Part shown: positions 1 through 11,900 of the stretch, in pieces
How the letters are laid out: the number at the start of each line of letters is the position of its first letter
Numbering within the stretch: position 1 is the first letter of the stretch
Assembly (NCBI RefSeq): GCF_031769215.1
Contig: NW_026782182.1
Coordinates: forward strand, 186,001 to 250,000
Length of the DNA stretch: 64,000 bases
From: Ylistrum balloti
Taxonomy: Eukaryota
Reading direction: 5' to 3'
Program-made: the position numbers and the translations under genes
Notes under the pieces: model-generated
Told to the model about the DNA's origin: nothing
What the model saw: only the letters and a program-made list of their open reading frames with translations
The model's database searches: none

Positions 1-695
1 CACTTGGAAACATAACAGAATGTTTTACTCCTTAGTGTACATGTATGGGTTTTTTTATATTTGATAATTAAGAGCAAAAAAATAGTGGAGGCACAATGTC
101 CCTTAATGTCTAAATCTTTTCATTTGTGACGGATATTCTCACGGGGTCTCACTGGGGTAATCCACGCAATAAAGCTGATAGGAGTCCAACACAGGGGTTC
201 TTTTTATCCAAAAGTGAACCCATCATCAGGACATAACCCTGGAGTCAAAACATGTAAACAATGCTGTAAATAAACTCTTTTTTGCAATATTTTTGTTCAG
301 GGTTTTTTTTATTTGCATCATTTGAAAAAAACAAGGAATATATTTGCGACAAGCTGCTACTCTTGACGTGCGCTATTGGTCAGCTATATCATGATATAAT
401 ATTTTTGAAGTCAAAATTAATTAGAATTTACATTCCAACATATCTATTAGCATCAGTGAATTGAACCCGCCATTAAGCTCTGGTCTGATAAATTAATAAT
501 AAACCATTTATATTTAAAGTACTTAAGTTACCAACAAATATTAATTCATTGTCCTGTAATAAGCCCACCTCTGACTTTCTTTCCAGTATTATGTGTTTTC
601 CTTGTCACATGTCGCTAGTGAAATATTTCAGTATGTGAGGACATTCCTGTGTACTTATATGTAATATAATAAAGAAAACTTTGCATTATAAACAG

Positions 696-1188
696 GTCAT
701 TGCCACAAGCATCGCGGAATTCTGTGAGCCCATTGAATGATGTTTGTACAGTAAAACAAGTGGGTGCTTCATCCTGGGAGATAGAAATGATACCAGTGGT
801 TTCAGAGAAACAGGCCCCCTCAACAACTGTACAAGGGGAGACAACTGAGACAGAATTTATGGAGAAAGATGACTGTAACCAACAGGTTCATAGCAACACT
901 GGAACTTGCAGCCTTAAAAATCTTCTCCGGCAATCAATGGAGTCTGAAAAGTACCAACCATCTAATCTGCGACTTTTACCGAACTGTAGAAATCCTCTAC
1001 ATGTAATTGATGGCGAAGATTACAGGTACTATGTGGGGATCATTGATTTCTTTACACAGTATGAATGTAGGCAGAGAGTGGCCAGAGTGTTGAAAACATT
1101 GAAAAATTGGACTTCAGACCATTCTACTGTTCCTCCAGATATCTACGCAGATAGATTTCTGAAATTTATCACAGACAGAATAAAATAA
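696..1188 (+). CDS. PIP5KL1: Terminal coding exon of a PIP5K-like 1 (phosphatidylinositol-4-phosphate 5-kinase-like) gene; upstream exons lie outside or were not identified in the window
   Basis: Acceptor aaacag|G at 695/696; open frame to TAA at 1186-1188. The C-terminus LRLLPNCRNPLHVIDGEDYRYYVGIIDFFTQY...STVPPDIYADRFLKFI has the PIP-kinase C-lobe motifs (GIID, STV.P..YA.RF). The RLLP..N.LH.IDG...RY segment is the one I recall from PIP5KL1. Confidence 0.85.
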
Positions 1189-3188
1189 ATCAGTAACTCA
1201 CAAAAAATACATCAAAGCCAGTCTGACGACTATTATCATTAACTTTTATTTATTGAAATTCTATGTGCTTTTTAAATTCTATATACACAGATTGTTTATG
1301 TATATGTCCCACTGGATGAAAATAATATCTAGTCTTTATCTTATACAGGCCTATTAATGAAATGTTTCTCTTGAATGCTTTAAATTGAAAATTTTGAATT
1401 TTCACATGTTCTTGAAACAATTTTTACACCATGACTCTATAAATATTGCCAGTACAGGTAATTCATGTTTGAGGAATCATGAAAGAAAAATTGAATTGAG
1501 CTCAAATCAATTAATTGCTATTTTTGTGTAATAGTAATTGACAAGGTGGGAGAAGTAGGAGTAGAGTTACCTTTCTAGGCTCAAAGTCATTTTTATGTGG
1601 AGCAGGTTCCTTTAAGTTTTATCAAAGATTTATAACATTTGATGTTGCTTAATAAGAATGATATGGAACTTGAAAGCTGAAGTTCATTTTCTTTTGATAT
1701 TTGCATAATAATCATCTTTACAATATTAAGACAAAACCTCTATTTCTACATTACTTCTTTGTATTACATAAGTGGATTTGCAATATTTCTATACTACAGC
1801 ATGTATCATTTCATTTCTAAAAAATCCTCTCTCTCATGTTGTATCTTTTGATAATTTTTTTAAAAAGTGATTTTGATACTTTTATACACATACTCAATAT
1901 CTTTCAAGTAAAGTTTTGCAATGACATCGTAATTTACAAATTAGTCTATGTATGATTTTCTATGAAGATGACCAAGACAAGAACAATGGAAAACACTTCT
2001 GTTTGTGATATACCAATATTAATCACTTATAAAGAAAATGTGTACTAGTTTTTGTTAATAGGATGTGAGGCAACAATGAACCATTTTTGTTTGTTTTATT
2101 TTAAGTGCTTTCTACCTAAACTTTATTGCAGTGTGTGCCTGTATAACTGATAATATTAAATGTTTTAACTTTGAACATATACTTAGACATAGATATTTTT
2201 TTTCTGAGAAGATAATACCCTTTTTAGTCATCTGTCAAACAGAACCAAAAACTCTGTCTAGTTTGATAGAGGAAATTTGGTTTGTTGGTAATTTCTACAT
2301 GATGCCATCTATTGTATGGTTAAGAAAAATTCTCATAAGAGAATATTTGTAGTATATAAGAGACATTGTTTATGGTCAATGAACTAAGTATGTTTTTTTT
2401 ATCTATATATCTATGATGATTGACTACTGTTATATTGTCATTAATTAGAGAGGGAAAAAATTTAATACCTCATACAGGTAGGATAGATGTTACATACATA
2501 TCATTCATTACAATTGTAATACGAGTATACACATCTTATTATATTGAAGGGTAGATAACTCCTTTTAAGTTGTTGTTTAAGTCGATTTGAATATTGTACA
2601 TCAGTTTGATAATCTTATCTTAAATGAAAGTGCTCAATATTACATACAATCATGTACACAGAAAACATTTATCCATTTGTTCTATTCATTTTTATAAATC
2701 AATATATTCTTCCAAGATATATCTCATATTGTACATTATTTCATAATCATACATTGGGTATTTGACAATATGAGTTTCCATTCATAGGAAATTTATAAAA
2801 CAATCCTGAGAACTTTTAATTTTACCAAGCCTCTAGCATTAAAAAGAAAAATCTGTGATAGTACTCATAAACCTCATTTGAAATTGAAATGAATGCAAGA
2901 TTCTGTGTATGACATAATTTAAATACTTTTGCAAAAATTAAAAGATAAAGCAACATTTCTTTAAACTAAGATAAAATCTAAATTGTGGAAATTCCAACTT
3001 ATATTTCTTTCTTTAATGAGTCCATGATTTGTATATGAAACTGTTATGTCACCATGGAAACAATGGAACCTTCAGCCAATCACAACTCTGCTAGGTTATA
3101 TTACACATGTGTAATTAGGAAGATTTATGCGATGGGTGATGTTACACTTTTAACAGGGTGGCTATTTTTAGTTATCTACATTGTGTAA

Positions 3189-3389
3189 GAGTTATCTCCA
3201 TTGAGTAGGGAGTTATCTCCACTTAATAGGGAGTTATCTCCATTGAGTAGGGAGTTATCTCCACTTAGTCGAGAATTATCACAAGTGAGTAGGGAGTTAT
3301 CTCCACTTAGTAGAGAATTATCACCATTAAGTAGGGAGTTATCTCCACTTAGACAGGAGTTATCTCCACATAGTAGAGCGTAATCTCCA
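3189..3389. repeat. 21-bp minisatellite (GAGTTATCTCCACTTAGTAGG-like), about 9-10 copies
   Basis: Directly visible; explains the ELSPLSR ORF 3201-3383. Confidence 0.95.
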
Positions 3390-4015
3390 AGTGTTATTGA
3401 GAATGTATATAACCTAGTAGATAGATTTATTAGATTTTAGGTGATCCATATTTTGAATTCATGTCATGTCAGTGTGACTATCAACATTGATCTAGAACTC
3501 ACTACTGGCATGTTTTTTGTGTATTTTTATATAAAACTAGATTATGTAGAAATGCCTTTTGAAATGCACTAAGAATTTGTTGTTTTTCTTATACATTTGA
3601 TATGTTTTGTGTACTTTTATAAAAGGAAAACCACTTTTGTAATATTTTTATATCATTTCTTGTATGAATACATGTATAGTTTAATACTCTGAACTTGTTC
3701 CTTTTAGACAATTTGCTCAAAATTGTTTTGCATCACTGCAAAAGAAAAATCCATGTGATATATTCTTTAAGTAGCAAAGGTATGAGAGGTCTATCATTCT
3801 ATGTCCAAACACTTAATGCTGTCTTACTGTGATAATACATCTATAATGTTCCACACAGGTTCACCCATGGTTCTCAGTTTGATTTTGATACTGGTTGCCC
3901 ACTACATCACTTTCTCTACAATGTCACAAAGAGTCACCTAGCTAGTTACCCGGGGTAATATGGAAGGTAGATTGTCAGATGTCACATACTAAAAAAAGCA
4001 TAAATACGGAAGACA

Positions 4016-4071
4016 GAATAGAAGTTCTTATAACACGACCACTACTAGTTGTGTTATAAAAACTTCTATTC
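4016..4071. other. Near-perfect hairpin, 24-bp arms with 8-nt loop
   Basis: gaatagaagttcttataacacgac / gttgtgttataaaaacttctattc pair at 22 of 24 positions. Confidence 0.9.
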
Positions 4072-5599
4072 AATTGACCTTACCAACCTACAGAAAATAT
4101 TCTATTATGGTCCTTTGTTCTTTTTTGAAACATTCTTTGTGAACTTTGGAAACTTGTTTAGATAGAGGTTGTAAATCTGATCCATTCATCATAGGGAAAG
4201 ACTTAATAAATATTAGATATCAACTCATTCTGTTTGGTTTTAACACCCAATATAGAGGTATGAATTAGTATGGAAAATGAAAGGTCAAGTATTTAACCTG
4301 TAGTGTCAGTGGACATAGAAAATTTGACATATACCAGTACTATAATACTTTCAGCAATACCAAGTCCCTTAAACTTTGATAAAACATATTGAACAATGAC
4401 AAATTTAGGCCTATTTCTATGTTAAATACTGACTGAATACTATTTCTGTTTTTGTTTTTAAGTGATATGTTACTTTTTTGTTGATATCTGTGATTTACAT
4501 TTTGCTGTAATACAGTTGTTTTAATTTACTTGTTTACTTTTTATATGTTTACATATTGTACTTATTTTTTCACATTTTGAGAATGTGTGTACTTTTCTCC
4601 TCCCACTTAAAGCAGAAGTTATGTGTATCAGTTATGTATAAATATACTGTTCGAATAATAGAATATGGAAACAAATACTTAAATATTACTATTTATGTGA
4701 CAATTAATTTACAAATTGTCTCGTACTGTGACAATATTATAACCAGAAACCAGAACAGATCATTTGTCACCTGTTTTTCCTCAGTAAAATATATAGCACT
4801 TTTACAATGCAAATATGAATGAACAATACCATAAATTTTTGATATTTTCACTCATTCTTTTTCCAAATAGACCACAATAATGAACAAGACTTTGTGAACA
4901 CTGTTGTTACGTGTGTTGTTTACTGATTTTATTTGAATTATTTTAACATCAAGCTTGTGTCTTAGATTTGAACTTACTGCGCTGTACATTTAGGTATAAT
5001 CAAGCAGAATAATAATTGAAAACAGAACACGGAAATGGACAGTGGCAGATCTAATTTGGCATCATTGATGTGTGAGAAAAAAAAATTATGATATATTCAT
5101 AATGCTAATCTTATAAAGCATACGTGAAAATAGCAAAGTTTTCATATCAATGGATTAAATCTCTAAAACTTTATTCATCACGAAACAAAACATGTCCTCT
5201 TCATGAAAGGTCTTTCAGAATATATTTCTAACATGGATTTTGTTTATATATTAAAGTATCATTATATTAAATCTCTTTGTCATTTGATGAATTTGAAGTT
5301 TCCAAAATTTGACGTATTCAGTAAGTTTGAATGGAAAAGAATACAGAATGGGATAATTTATTTTTAAATTTAATATATCTTAAAGTAGACGACAGTTGAA
5401 ACCAGGGCAAAACAGACCATATGAATATATTAGTACGCAATTAAAATATCTTGTTGTTTGATCACCACAAAGGAATAGCTCGTGATATTTTTAACACATT
5501 TCACAGTAAAATGACAGAATCATGTTTAGTTAATGTGAAAGCTACAACCTGATATCTCAGTGCCTTGTGTCAAGATGAATTCAAAATAAACGCAGAATA

Positions 5600-5847
5600 A
5601 AAAAATACTGTATTCATTTTTTTTCTACGAGTTCCCTCCCTTATATTGTGTGGCAATATTTTATCGGAACCTCTTTGGAATGACCTCTCATGTTATAAAG
5701 AAATAGAGAGGTTCCTGAGAATGTTGCGCATGCTCCATTGTATTATAAACAGTTTTGATTTTAGCGCTCATATGGAAATGTTGACAACATGGATCAAGAT
5801 AGGATGTAATTTAGGTATTCTAACACTATGAAGACTCATCCATTACT
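5600..5847 (+). promoter_or_regulatory. Putative promoter / 5' leader of the CDK5RAP2-like gene
   Basis: Locally CpG-richer than the flanks; NRF1-like TGCGCATGC at 5725-5733; inverted repeat GGAACCTCT (5666-5674) / AGAGGTTCC (5707-5715). The TSS is not determinable from sequence. Confidence 0.35.
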
Positions 5848-5906
5848 ATGATGATGGACTCGACAAACGGGTACGACCCGACACTGCCAATGGATCTGGA
5901 GGGAAG
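5848..5906 (+). CDS. CDK5RAP2: CDK5RAP2-like exon 1 (MMMDSTNGYDPTLPMDLEG, ends phase 2)
   Basis: In-frame TAA shortly upstream; MDS...D.TLP.DL resembles family N-termini; donor AAG|gtaaag; phase fits exon 2. Any of three tandem ATGs could be the start. Confidence 0.75.
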
Positions 5907-8900
5907 GTAAAGTGGCAAATTAAATGAAAGTTTCCGGTCATGGACTCGGGCTGAAGTATGTTTTGATGAACTTTTCCCACAGGAAAGTCTTAAGATGCTT
6001 TTAACATACTGCCAACCTTTTTCACGACTTTAAATCTTGCCGCTTAATGAATATATTAATCAATGAAAGTATCTTCTTGTCGATCAAGTAATAGTTAAGT
6101 TTGTCATTGATATACACAATGGACACACGCCACACAGGATGCTGAATTTGCGTCAGTGATGCTAAGTGGTGGGTCGTCTCAAAACGGTACAGGTTTCATG
6201 ATTTTTGTTGAAAGTGCATAATTCCGTCAAGTTGTTATTTATTCTTAGCTTAGCTTCATTATAAAAATAAATAACTGCATATGATGACCGAAAATGTTAC
6301 GAAGCGTATATAAAGCTGATTTAAATTCAGTTTTATTCTAGTATCTTGATCATTATCATCATCACATCCTACGGATGGAATACCTATTCAGTAGCGAGAT
6401 AAGCTGGATTCATTTTCATTGTCCACGTTCTTCATTGATGTATGTAATACTTGAAATTTTTATTCAAATGTATTCTATTCAAAAAGCATCACTGCATTGT
6501 GTTCCTATTTTGGTGTTTTGTTTTTAATGTTATTTCATGAACAAATGTCAAGCATCATAAACAAATCCAACATTATTCGACCAGTCTATTCAACTGACAT
6601 TTCAGCTAAATAAATGAAAAAACCATTAAACATTAGCATTGACAAAAAGCTTTTTGTCTTTGAATTTAATGTTAGATATATTTATTATAAGTCACAAATG
6701 ATGTCAAAACTTAAGTTCAATAGCATGTTTGTACATTATGTATCTGTCATTTGTAGGAATTTGATATTTTCCGAAGTCCTATACAAAAAGAAAAAAAAAC
6801 AAAAAAACTTTTTCTTGAGTTCTCATCATTTAAATAATGTGCACCATTTAAAGTGTATTTAGATTTACAAACTTTACTTATGAATGTTTATGTAACTGTT
6901 TAGAAAAGCCTTTGAAAAGGTAAATGAGAAGTTCTTCAGTACAAATTCCATGTGATCAATGATATGACAACAGTGAGGTATTTTAAACAATAAGGTTGAA
7001 ATCAGACGTTTCATTTACATTAGGATTCAAAAAGTCATCACTAAGTTCTTCAGTACAAATTCCTTGTAATCAATGATATGACAACTGAGGTATTTTAAAC
7101 AATATGATTAAAATCAGACTTTTCATTTTCATAAAGATTCCAGAAAGTCATCACTTGGGGCTGCAGAATAAATTGAATGTTGGAGCTTTTTAAAATTTTA
7201 ATATATATATGTTTCTGTCAAGAATATTGTAGTACATTTACATATTTATTTGTTGTTTTCCTTTAAACTGAAATATGACAACTTAACATGTGGGTATTTC
7301 AACATTTTCATGTCGAGAGATATACATGTAATGGACATGTATTGTACTTTATAGACACAAATATTTGGTTTCTTCTATATAGCATCATGTTTGTATGACT
7401 TTAGATCTAGTGTTAATTTATAATAAACCCCCCCACTAACCACCACCTTTTAGAATCCCTGTAGTGTTTCATTATATTTGTCATGGTTTGAATATTGATT
7501 ATGTTTTTGTAATATGACCATTACCTCTTCACATTTAAATCCCCTTTAGTGTTGAAAAATGGGGCAGTCATGCTTATAGCTATCTGTCATTAACATATTA
7601 CAGATCTTGGAAGATATACTGAGCACTAGAATTTGGCAAAACATTCATGGGAAAAACTTTATGATAACAGGGCTCTCACACCCAATTTTGGAACTGGGGC
7701 CCAGGGCCCTTAGAATTGGGAAAAATAATGGTGTTTTCCTTAGAATTGGGGAAACTTGGGGTCTAAATTGGGAAAAAAAGATACTACCCGTATTTTGCAT
7801 TGGGAATTCAGCCCCAAATCTGGCAGATAGAGAGCCCTGGATAAAATGGTACCTAAAATGATAAAAATATATCTGACACTTAATGTTACAATATATATTT
7901 GTACTGAGACTCTTTGAGTTTGAATAGCTACTTCATTGTTTTATATATTTGTAATAAATTCACTTGTCACCTTAGGATAACTCAAATTAATTCTAATAAC
8001 TAAATACTTAACATGCTGATTAACGTAGATTTAAAAACAAGATATTATGATATCATATTACATTAAATAGGATTGTCCACATTTGTTTGTGTATGGAAAA
8101 TGTATTGATATTACTTATATGATAATGAGTTTTCGTTTATGAGTTCATGTACAAATATCCAACACCTAGTATTTGTTTTTCACACCAGTATACATATTTA
8201 TATATGTGAAGGGATCAAAATATAACAATACATGCCATGCCATCTTATGATGTTTTATAAAATTGTGGGACCATGACAGCTCACTAGCTCAGAGCATTGA
8301 TGACTTCGGGTGAAGAACCAAGGTACATGGTTCGACACTAACTATCCACTGTTGACAGGTAGTGTTCCTTAGGAAGCTGAGAAACAGATTGGTCTATGTT
8401 GACTTGGTTGTGTCCTTGGGCAAGACACTTCGTTCTTATTGCTTTGAGTGGCATTCGACAGGCCTCTCTTATGCTGTTCAGTGTGGTTGCCACAAGCTAC
8501 TACAAGGATCGATACTCAAAATGATCCTAGCTCTTCATGGGCAATACATCCAGTCAACATACAATAAACATATACAGTATCATTCTTATACAATATATAA
8601 TTCCTAATACTTACAAAAATCCTTTATAAACAAATCTATCAGTTTCCTGCACTGAAATAAGAAAATCAGGTAAAATGGGCTTCATCTAGTACTGTATTAG
8701 TATCTCACCTGGGTGGGGGTGGGGGTAGTTTTGTGTTTGTTGTCTCCGCCAATTGCTCTCATATCCTTCACTACTTGCATTGAATGAGTTAAAATAGGAA
8801 AAATACTACCATTTGTGGATAGAGGGGAATTTCAGGCCTATTTTGGAAAATTGAGAAATATTGGACATCCGTTTTGGTTACAATTCAAAAGAGGACTAGG

Positions 8901-11900
8901 GTAAAAATATATGACATTGATGAAGATAACGTGGATAAAATTTGATAACATTGAGGTTAGATTGATATTTCTTTTTCATGATGGTATGATTTGAAATATA
9001 TTGAATAACATACACTAATTAGCTCTATTTTGTGGAAATTTCCCATGTTTTTAGTATATTTACTGGGAGGGGAGTGTGTTTATATTCAGCAGGGAACACA
9101 TAACACGTCAGAAATACTATCCTTTTCTGGAAGTAAAATTTTTCTAGATTAATCACAGACTGACTTGTCACTAGAACTTCATACTTTGGGTATGGGTCAC
9201 CTTGGTAAGGCAGTGTGTAACAGAAGTAGGTATCTCTGACCTATGTTTTGACCTTTTACCTACATAAAAGAAAACGTTTGTTTGGCATATAATATCACAT
9301 TCAGTAGGGGGACAACAATTTAAAGGTTTAAATTGCAACTTTGGTAATTTGCCTTTTTAATATGAAATAATTTCTGTTAAGATAATGCCCAGTATCAGCT
9401 CCCATGAAGTCTTTCAGAAAACCGGGCTCATCAAAAACCATAAATCTTGATAAAACTCTACATATAGTACAAGTCCAGTGCAAAATCAAAATTTAACTGT
9501 TATGCATTACCAGTGAAATATCTTAAGTAAGTTATCAGGTGGAATCAGTGTCTGAACCTAATTTTTTCAATGTAATTTGGTTTTGAGATGGTCCCTGTAG
9601 CACCCCTTCCCTGTATAGCCTATAGATATTGGCACCCCTCTCTAGTACACAAGTGAGTTTGACATACTGAAATGTACCACTGGCTGGGAGGGAGGATGAG
9701 ATGATTACAGTACTTCTGACATCTTTCCTCCTATCCTATATGTGTGTGATTGTTCTCAACCAAAGTGTGATCTGAAAACATGGTAAAATCAAAAGTTCTT
9801 CAGTTTAGGATTCACTTCTCATCAATCTGCCAAGCCATTGGTACCTGGTTTGAATAAGACTTTGAAATATTTTAGAAAGACAGTTTTTTGTGGGTTTTTT
9901 TTTTCTTTAATTTTTCAAATTTCAATTTCTATCAAAGGTGCTCCCTCCCCCTCTCACCATCCCCATCTTATCCCCAGTCTTAACTTCACTCCATGCTTAT
10001 TTCTTCTATTCACTTCAGGTATTCTGAAGGCATCAACCATGTTATTAGAGATATATAAGCTGTTTTAGCATAAATGGTAGTGTTTATCTGAATGTACAAA
10101 CCTCTTTTGAATTGCATATAAAGTAATGTAATGTTTAAGGAGAGAATTCATTAGAGCCTGGTCATTACAAAAATCATTATAAACCATTTATTATATGTCA
10201 GCAGCTTATATCAGTATGTGTGTAACCTTATACATGGACGTACTTGTATGAGTTGATTTACCACATGGCCATGTATAGTAGCTTGATTAGTTATGAAAAA
10301 ACCCACAATTTTATGATACTGTCTGCCTCCCCCTTCTTGCATGTTTATAACATTACAATGAGATGAGGTATCAAACAAAAAACCTAATGATATCATAATA
10401 GCTTTTTACCAGTGAATGAGAAAATACAATATATGTACGGAGTAAATAGCATCGCACCCACTGGATAAAACGTGACCTGGTGCTATATCAGTTACATGAA
10501 GTTACTAGGCAGATGTGAGGGAGTACAAAGTTGTATGGTTCCATAACCACCTGCTTGCTGTAACAGTGGTTACACTGATGTATATTTATACTGACCTCAA
10601 TATCATAACAGTAAATGTCTTCCAGACTAGTTTGTGCACTACCCTGATTCTCAGTTTTTTCATCGATATACTTTTACCCGCAAACATGTATGAATACTAA
10701 TATGCCTATATAATTATGATGTATCTCATAACCTGTCTGATAATGTGTCTGTTTGATTGTTTTGCTGAAAGGCAGTAATAATGGACATAAAATACATTAA
10801 ATAAATCAATAGATAAATAAATACACTACTAAGGTAGTTGATAACTGTTTCATTGAATAACATAAACGATGCATATAAGATGCATTTAGAGAGCAGTTGC
10901 TGTATAATTACAGCACAGGTTGACAGTCCATTTCTCAGCATACTGAGAAATACAAACAGTTTGAGAAGGGACTACAAACCTCTGGTCTTCACCTGATCAT
11001 AAACATGAGGATACTAAGTCTAACGCTGGATTAGTGACAATAAGCAACCACGACTGTCAATGACAGGGGGAGCTTGAATCATGCAACTTTTAGGTTGTCA
11101 TGCACATCTTTACTTTGATATGTATGCCTCATGCCTCACAAATAAAACAAATATCTCAACTTTTATGTTGAGACAAAATTGTTTTAACTTTCAGAAAACA
11201 CCACAGTTCTTTTACTTAAATTTATATAAAGCCAAGGCAATTAAAGTAAGATAGTATAACATATTAAACGTACTGTAATTCGCTCTTATCTGCATATCCT
11301 TATAATGGACACATTGATATTGTCAGGCGAGTTATTTAGAAAGTAAGACAGATCAATCATGAGGTCACGGATATGTTTGTATGCAGTTGTTTAGCATGCT
11401 ATCATATTGACTAAGATAATGTTTAATATGTACTTGAAGCATGGTTTTAGTTCAAAGACATACAGTTACAAGTTATAATTAGATGCTTGGAATCTAAAGG
11501 GAAGACTCTAACCTGATTTTCCCCACAAAAAACCATCAACACACATCTTGTTCTACCTATGTAAAAAAAGTGTGTTTTAACATTGTACCATGATATATTT
11601 CATGTCAAATGGCTGGTAACATTATAACAAGATAGATGTATAAAAGGGACAGTGTATAATCTGCCATAACAATGTTTTTTATCAACAAATATTTCAGACT
11701 TTCCTGGGTACAAATTACTATCGCTCTTCCCATGGTGTAAGAAACTTTAGTTTTCACGTAATTATGGACAAGTGGTGGCTACTTTTAAAAAAATGAAATT
11801 ATTTCAGTGTATACTTGATTCTTGATGATTTATTTGAGGGTGTTAAAAGCTCCATTTTGTAAGCAGGAATTTCACATCCACTGTTAAAATGACACCCGAT

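Noticed and set aside
8281-8345. Functional tRNA gene
   Set aside because: A and B boxes are present, but there is no acceptor-stem pairing or cloverleaf, and it continues into a SINE core.
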